Source: Nitrospirota bacterium (GTDB lineage: Bacteria; Nitrospirota; UBA9217). From it: a stretch of DNA of 64,000 bases. Below, one piece after another: positions 59,279 through 64,000 of this stretch. The first letter of the stretch is position 1, and each line of letters starts with the position of its first letter. Position numbers and translations under genes: made by a program. The stretch covers positions 384,001 through 448,000 of the forward strand of contig CAWJQQ010000009.1 in NCBI GenBank assembly GCA_963845065.1, given 5' to 3'. A model generated the notes under the pieces. It searched no databases. It saw nothing but the letters and a program-made list of their open reading frames with translations, and was not told where the DNA came from.

Positions 59279-60154
59279 ATGGTCATGGAAAACTGGTACG
59301 AGAAGTCCAAAGAAGCCCTGCAACTGAGCGGTAAGGGCGACACAACGCAAGAAAGTTACACACGCGCAGTCCGATTACTCATTGAGCATTTCGGCAACAA
59401 AACCCCCGATCTCATCACCGAAGAAGAGCTTCAGGAATACTTCCTCCATTGCAGGAACGTTCGCAAGTGGGCGCCCAAAACCATGGCTGTCTGCTATGCC
59501 GGCATCCGCTTTTTCTTTGAGAACGTCCTGCGCCGTGACTGGCATATCCTGAGCATCATTCGGGCGCAAACTGAACACCGGCTTCCGACTGTGCTTAGTA
59601 TCGAAGAGGTACGCGCCACCCTTTCCCGCGTCACGTCTCCTCGCAACCACGCCTTCCTCTCCACAGTCTATTCCTGCGGCCTTCGGCTCCAGGAAGCGCT
59701 ACACCTCGAAGTCCCGGACATCGATAAACACCGTATGATGATCCATATCCACCGGGGGAAAGGCGCTAAAGACCGTTATGTTCCGCTTCCCCGTACGACG
59801 TATGCTCTTTTGCGGAAGCATTGGGCCACTCACAAAAACCCCCGATTGATTTTTCCCTCACGGGGCATATACAAAGATGGCTCGGACATTCGGAAACCGG
59901 TTTCATACAGTACGGTGCAGGCGGCGCTTCAGAACGCGGTACGCGCAGCGGGTATTCAGAAACGCAACGTCTCCATCCACACGCTTCGCCACGCCTATGC
60001 TACTCACCTGCTCGAAGCCGGCGTGAATCTGAGCGTCATCCAGCAGTATATGGGCCACTCCAGCCTTGAGACCACGATGATTTACCTACATTTGACCACC
60101 AAGGGTCAGGAAGACGCTTACAAAATCATCGACCAGCTCATGACGGGGTTTTGA
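59279..60154 (+). CDS. Tyrosine recombinase (integrase)
   Basis: Catalytic set: GLRLQE (R), GKGAK (K), HTLRH, MGH, TTMIY. Confidence 0.95.
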   Translation: MVMENWYEKSKEALQLSGKGDTTQESYTRAVRLLIEHFGNKTPDLITEEELQEYFLHCRNVRKWAPKTMAVCYAGIRFFFENVLRRDWHILSIIRAQTEHRLPTVLSIEEVRATLSRVTSPRNHAFLSTVYSCGLRLQEALHLEVPDIDKHRMMIHIHRGKGAKDRYVPLPRTTYALLRKHWATHKNPRLIFPSRGIYKDGSDIRKPVSYSTVQAALQNAVRAAGIQKRNVSIHTLRHAYATHLLEAGVNLSVIQQYMGHSSLETTMIYLHLTTKGQEDAYKIIDQLMTGF

Positions 60155-61251
60155 CCATGGACACGATCAATGAGATTTTCCGCACCTATGCCCCGGAGTA
60201 CGTGTCACGGTTTGGCGAAGCGATTCCTCTGGAACATCGCAAGGCAATAGACGCAATTATCAACTGCCGCACTCCAGCTTGTGGGACGACCTGGTTCCGT
60301 TGCGAAGACTGCGGGAAAGACCATGCCATCCATCGTTCTTGCGGCAACCGTCACTGCCCGACCTGCCAGTATCATAAGAGCCGACAGTGGCTCGAAAAAC
60401 AGATTGATCGGCGGATGCCAGGACATCACTTCATGATCACGTTCACGGTGCCCGAGCAGATTCGTCGGTTCATCAGAGGCAATCAACGAGCAGCTTATGC
60501 TGCCTTGTTTTCTGCTTCTTCAGCGGCTATGAAAAAGCTGGTTCTCGACCCCAAGTTCATGGGCGGCGATCTGCCGGGCTTCTTCGGGGTCCTGCACACA
60601 TGGGGCAGAACACTGGAGTTTCACCCCCATGTCCACTATATCGTCGTAGGTGGGGCGTTTTCGTCCGAGGATAAAACATGGAAACCGTCAGGAACCGGTT
60701 TCTATGTGCCGGTCCAAGCGCTATCTCCCATTTTCCGGGCGAAGTTCAAGGATGAGATGAAAAAAGCAGGCCTTTTTGATCAAATCCCCGAAGAGGTCTG
60801 GCGCATCGACTGGAACGTGAACTCGCAAGCCGTGGGCGACAGCGAAGGGAGTCTCAAGTATCTTGCCCCCTATGTCTTTCGGGTAGCCTTGTCCAACAGC
60901 CGGATCGTGAAAGTCGAGAATCGTCAGATCTTCATTCATTACAAAAAGACCAATAGCAATCGCTGGAGAACGCTGGAACTTGAGGTGATGGAATTTATGC
61001 GTCGCTTCCTCCAGCACGTTCTACCGACGGGGTTCATGAAGGTGCGATATTACGGCTTCTTAAGCCCGACCTGCAAAGTCCCGCTTGAGAACATCAGGAC
61101 GCTGATTGAGCTGGCTTATGGATTTGAGGTGACGATGTCTGAAGTCGAACAGACGCCCCCAATGCCTCATCCAACATGCGGGTGCTGCGGTGGCTTTCTC
61201 AAAGTGATTTCGATTTCTCCGCCGCCGCAGCACCTGGCACGCGCCGGATAG
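60151..61251 (+). CDS. IS91-family (Y2 HUH) transposase
   Basis: Zn motif CEDCG...SCGNRHCPTC, LHTWG...HPHVH (HUH), KYLAPY, RRFLQHVLP.GF.KVRYYG. Confidence 0.93.
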   Translation: MTMDTINEIFRTYAPEYVSRFGEAIPLEHRKAIDAIINCRTPACGTTWFRCEDCGKDHAIHRSCGNRHCPTCQYHKSRQWLEKQIDRRMPGHHFMITFTVPEQIRRFIRGNQRAAYAALFSASSAAMKKLVLDPKFMGGDLPGFFGVLHTWGRTLEFHPHVHYIVVGGAFSSEDKTWKPSGTGFYVPVQALSPIFRAKFKDEMKKAGLFDQIPEEVWRIDWNVNSQAVGDSEGSLKYLAPYVFRVALSNSRIVKVENRQIFIHYKKTNSNRWRTLELEVMEFMRRFLQHVLPTGFMKVRYYGFLSPTCKVPLENIRTLIELAYGFEVTMSEVEQTPPMPHPTCGCCGGFLKVISISPPPQHLARAG

Positions 61252-61664
61252 CATCCGACGATTTTGATTCACCACGTGTTTCTCGTGTAAGATCCCGCAG
61301 GCATCATCTGCGGGTCAACGCTCCCGTTCGGCCGCGCGAGCGGATCAGGCGATGATTTCTGCGTGTGAGTATAATGGGAATCACGTTTGTTTTTTTATAA
61401 TCAGACCGACACGAGCTCTCACTCTCCATAAACTGCCCATTCAGGCTTTAACCAAAAACGACCCCTCGAAGCATTACCCTATATATAGAGACCATCGGTC
61501 ATCATCCTGCCGCTCCGGGCTTCTTGAATTATGGATTGAGTACGACGTGAAGATGTCGTCACAATCCTTATTGATTTTGCAGGACCGCTGGCACAGCCCA
61601 AAGGGTTTTGATAGGGAGCAATTTTTTTCTATAAAAATTCATCCTACAGGACTGGAATCTACCT

Positions 61665-63086
61665 CTATTCCAGCCCCTTGACCTCGCCCACTCGGTGAAT
61701 CTTCATCATGTTCGTGCTACCGGCCACGCCGATCGGTACGCCGGCGCTGATTACGATGAGATCGTGCTCTTTGGCGAGTTTCTTGTTGAGCATAACCTGT
61801 TCGACGCTCGCGATCATGTGGTCAGTGGTTTTTTTGGGCCTGAGGATGACTGGCTTCACGCCCCAGTAAAGCGACATCCTCCTGGCTATGTGCTCAAAAG
61901 GCGTAGGCGCGATGATGCTCATTCGTGGCCGGTGTTTTGAGACTAGGAGGGCGGTGGAGCCGGACTGTGTGAACGTCACAATGGCCTGTGCCTGTTGTTC
62001 CTCGGCGGCGCGGCATGCGGCATGGGCAACGCTTTCATCGGGGCCGGATACGTCTGTATCCGGGGGCCAAGGATTGACCGATGTCTCGGCCTGCAATGCG
62101 ATGCGCGCCATGGCCAAGACCGCCTGGATCGGGTATTTCCCCATGGCGGTCTCACCCGAGAGCATGACGCAGTCCGTACCGTCAAGGATCGCATTAGCAA
62201 CGTCCGAGGTCTCGGCTCGCGTGGGCTGGGGATTCTCGATCATGCTTTCGAGCATTTGTGTTGCTGTGATCACCGGTTTTTCCTCCCAGTGGCAGGCCTC
62301 AATGATCCTTTTTTGAAGAAGCGGTACTTTTTCGGGCGACATCTCGACACCTAGATCGCCGCGCGCAACCATGATGCCGTTTGCGGCGCAAATGATCGCA
62401 TCGAGGTTATGAATTGCCTCAGGCTTTTCGATCTTCGCGATGATGGGGATGTCCGCGTTCAGTGACCGTATGAAATGGCGGGTATGCAGGATGTCATCGG
62501 CTGTGCGCACGAAAGAAAGGGCGATATAATCCACCCCATGCTTCACACCAAACCTGATGTCGGCTTTGTCTTTCTTCGAAAGCGAAGGGAGCGAGAGGTG
62601 AGTCCCAGGCAGATTGATGCCTTTGTGGCTTTTTAACATCCCGCCGCGAAGGACCTTGCAGGTTAGACAGCGGGCATCCTTTCTGGTCACACGAAGCTCA
62701 AACTTTCCGTCGTCGAGGAGCAATTTATCTCCTATTTTCAGGTCTTTTGTGAGGCGTGGATAGGTCACCGAGATCAGATCGCTGGTTCCGATGATCCTGC
62801 GCGTGGTGAGGGTCAGGCTGTCTCCCCGTTTGAGCATGACAGCGTCATCTTGCATTATACCTACGCGCAACTTTGGCCCTTGCAAATCTTGCATTATCGC
62901 AATCTGTTTACCGGCTTTTGCGGCTTCGCTCCGTATGAGCTTGATACGTTGGGTATGGTCATTCCAGTCCCCGTGAGAGAAATTCAATCGTGCTACGTCC
63001 ATGCCGGCTCGAATAAGTTTAGAGATGATCGCGGCCGAACTGGATGTTGGACCGATGGTGGCGATGATCTTGGTTCGCTTGGACAT
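61665..63086 (-). CDS. pyk: Pyruvate kinase
   Basis: RTKIIATIGP, ARLNFSHG, IIAKIE, MVARGDLG, TQMLESM. Confidence 0.97.
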   Translation of the reverse strand: MSKRTKIIATIGPTSSSAAIISKLIRAGMDVARLNFSHGDWNDHTQRIKLIRSEAAKAGKQIAIMQDLQGPKLRVGIMQDDAVMLKRGDSLTLTTRRIIGTSDLISVTYPRLTKDLKIGDKLLLDDGKFELRVTRKDARCLTCKVLRGGMLKSHKGINLPGTHLSLPSLSKKDKADIRFGVKHGVDYIALSFVRTADDILHTRHFIRSLNADIPIIAKIEKPEAIHNLDAIICAANGIMVARGDLGVEMSPEKVPLLQKRIIEACHWEEKPVITATQMLESMIENPQPTRAETSDVANAILDGTDCVMLSGETAMGKYPIQAVLAMARIALQAETSVNPWPPDTDVSGPDESVAHAACRAAEEQQAQAIVTFTQSGSTALLVSKHRPRMSIIAPTPFEHIARRMSLYWGVKPVILRPKKTTDHMIASVEQVMLNKKLAKEHDLIVISAGVPIGVAGSTNMMKIHRVGEVKGLE

Positions 63087-63231
63087 GCAACCTCCTAGAT
63101 TCAGTAGCTAATAGACATAATGGGCATGGAAAGGTTCAGTATCAGGATATCATCATACGGACATTGCAGAGGACTCGACAAAGTCACTTGTCGGCGCCTA
63201 AACAACGATGCTACTGCTAACGTCTCGATCC

Positions 63232-64000
63232 TCACGGTTCCAGCTTCTCCATTTCATATTTTTTCGTTCCCAGCCCGAGTCTCTCCGCCTCGTCGATCTG
63301 AATCTGCATAGGACGCGGATTGAGCTTCGCCATCACGTCGTCTCCTGGCTTTAACTTCAAATCTTCTGCTGCCGACTGAGGAAGGGGAAAAGCGGTACGG
63401 AGCATGTCGAGGGACGCCTGTTCGATGGCCACAACATCATCGGATATCATGATCCCCTGGTCCTGGATCACGGGAACGTCGGCGACAGGCATACAGTCGC
63501 ACTCAGGCTGGATTGCGTAAAGGAAATTGACGTAAACGACCTTGCCTTTTTGAAACGTGGAAAGTACCGCGGCAGCTGCCTCGGCGAGGCTTTTCTGGAA
63601 AGTCACATCATCCTGCGGCAGCGTAAGAGCACCTTCTTGACAGACCCTGCTGCATCGGCCGCAGTGCCAGCAGTTATTTCCGTCGACAACAAATCTGCCC
63701 TCCTTGAAATCGATGGCGTGGAGCGGGCATATGTTCTTGCATTGTTCGCAGAAGGTGCAGATCTCGGGATTCCACTGAAGAATCGCCTCTCCGTGGCAGT
63801 GCATTCCGCCGCGTCCTTTTTTCCAGCCATGCTTGCGGTGACTGGAGCTGACGCAGCCCATGGCAAGATTCTTAAGCGCTCCTGCATAGCCGGAGGCAAT
63901 GTGGCCTTTCGTATGGGAGCATACGATCATGGCAGGAACATCATGTATCGTTGATGCTACAGCAATCTCGCCGAGGATCGGGCCTGCTTTGACCAGGATG
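63232..64000 (-). CDS. DUF362-domain Fe-S protein (5' partial)
   Basis: SHTKGH..GALKNLAMG, 2[4Fe-4S] motifs, PECDC; frame stays open to the window end. Confidence 0.85.
   Translation of the reverse strand, partial: ILVKAGPILGEIAVASTIHDVPAMIVCSHTKGHIASGYAGALKNLAMGCVSSSHRKHGWKKGRGGMHCHGEAILQWNPEICTFCEQCKNICPLHAIDFKEGRFVVDGNNCWHCGRCSRVCQEGALTLPQDDVTFQKSLAEAAAAVLSTFQKGKVVYVNFLYAIQPECDCMPVADVPVIQDQGIMISDDVVAIEQASLDMLRTAFPLPQSAAEDLKLKPGDDVMAKLNPRPMQIQIDEAERLGLGTKKYEMEKLEP

Larger units (their letters stand above)
59146..61572 (+). mobile_element. IS91-like element carrying a tyrosine recombinase (about 2.4 kb)
   Basis: Two coupled ORFs bounded by the direct repeat AATCCTTATT (59136-59145 and 61563-61572), inserted between the fdh operon and pyk. 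Confidence 0.8.

Noticed and set aside
59279..60154. Integron integrase with a cassette array
   Set aside because: No evident IntI-specific insertion and no array of GTTRRRY attC-flanked cassettes.

Overview
A gene-dense window from an anaerobic, probably Gram-negative bacterium. The gene content resembles Nitrospirota or Desulfobacterota, but this is inference and taxonomy cannot be fixed from the window. Energy metabolism dominates: a complete A/V-type ATPase operon (19.2-27.7 kb), two cytochrome b plus multiheme cytochrome c modules (9 and 13 CxxCH motifs), an Hmc/Hyb-like NrfD complex with four paralogous small membrane proteins, a heme-c-motif sensor kinase, a group 3b [NiFe]-hydrogenase, and a selenocysteine formate dehydrogenase (in-frame UGA plus SECIS hairpin) with HydBC/NuoEF-like partners. 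Mobile DNA comprises a truncated tnpB, a decayed IS4 element, two IS200/IS605-end-like motifs, and an intact tyrosine recombinase plus IS91-type HUH transposase element. The strongest novel signals are: (1) the recombinase-IS91 element is bounded by a 10-bp direct repeat, and both its reconstructed circle junction and its empty target fold into attC-like imperfect hairpins; (2) a tightly coupled operon joins a Cbc-like quinol oxidoreductase to menG and a B12 radical SAM enzyme, a candidate quinone-tailoring system; (3) a family of four small membrane proteins shares a C-terminal SFxWRPxxAY motif; (4) a relic of a second V-ATPase A gene borders the redox block. No rRNA, tRNA or CRISPR array was recognised. 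Family names come from motif recognition and recall, not database searches.
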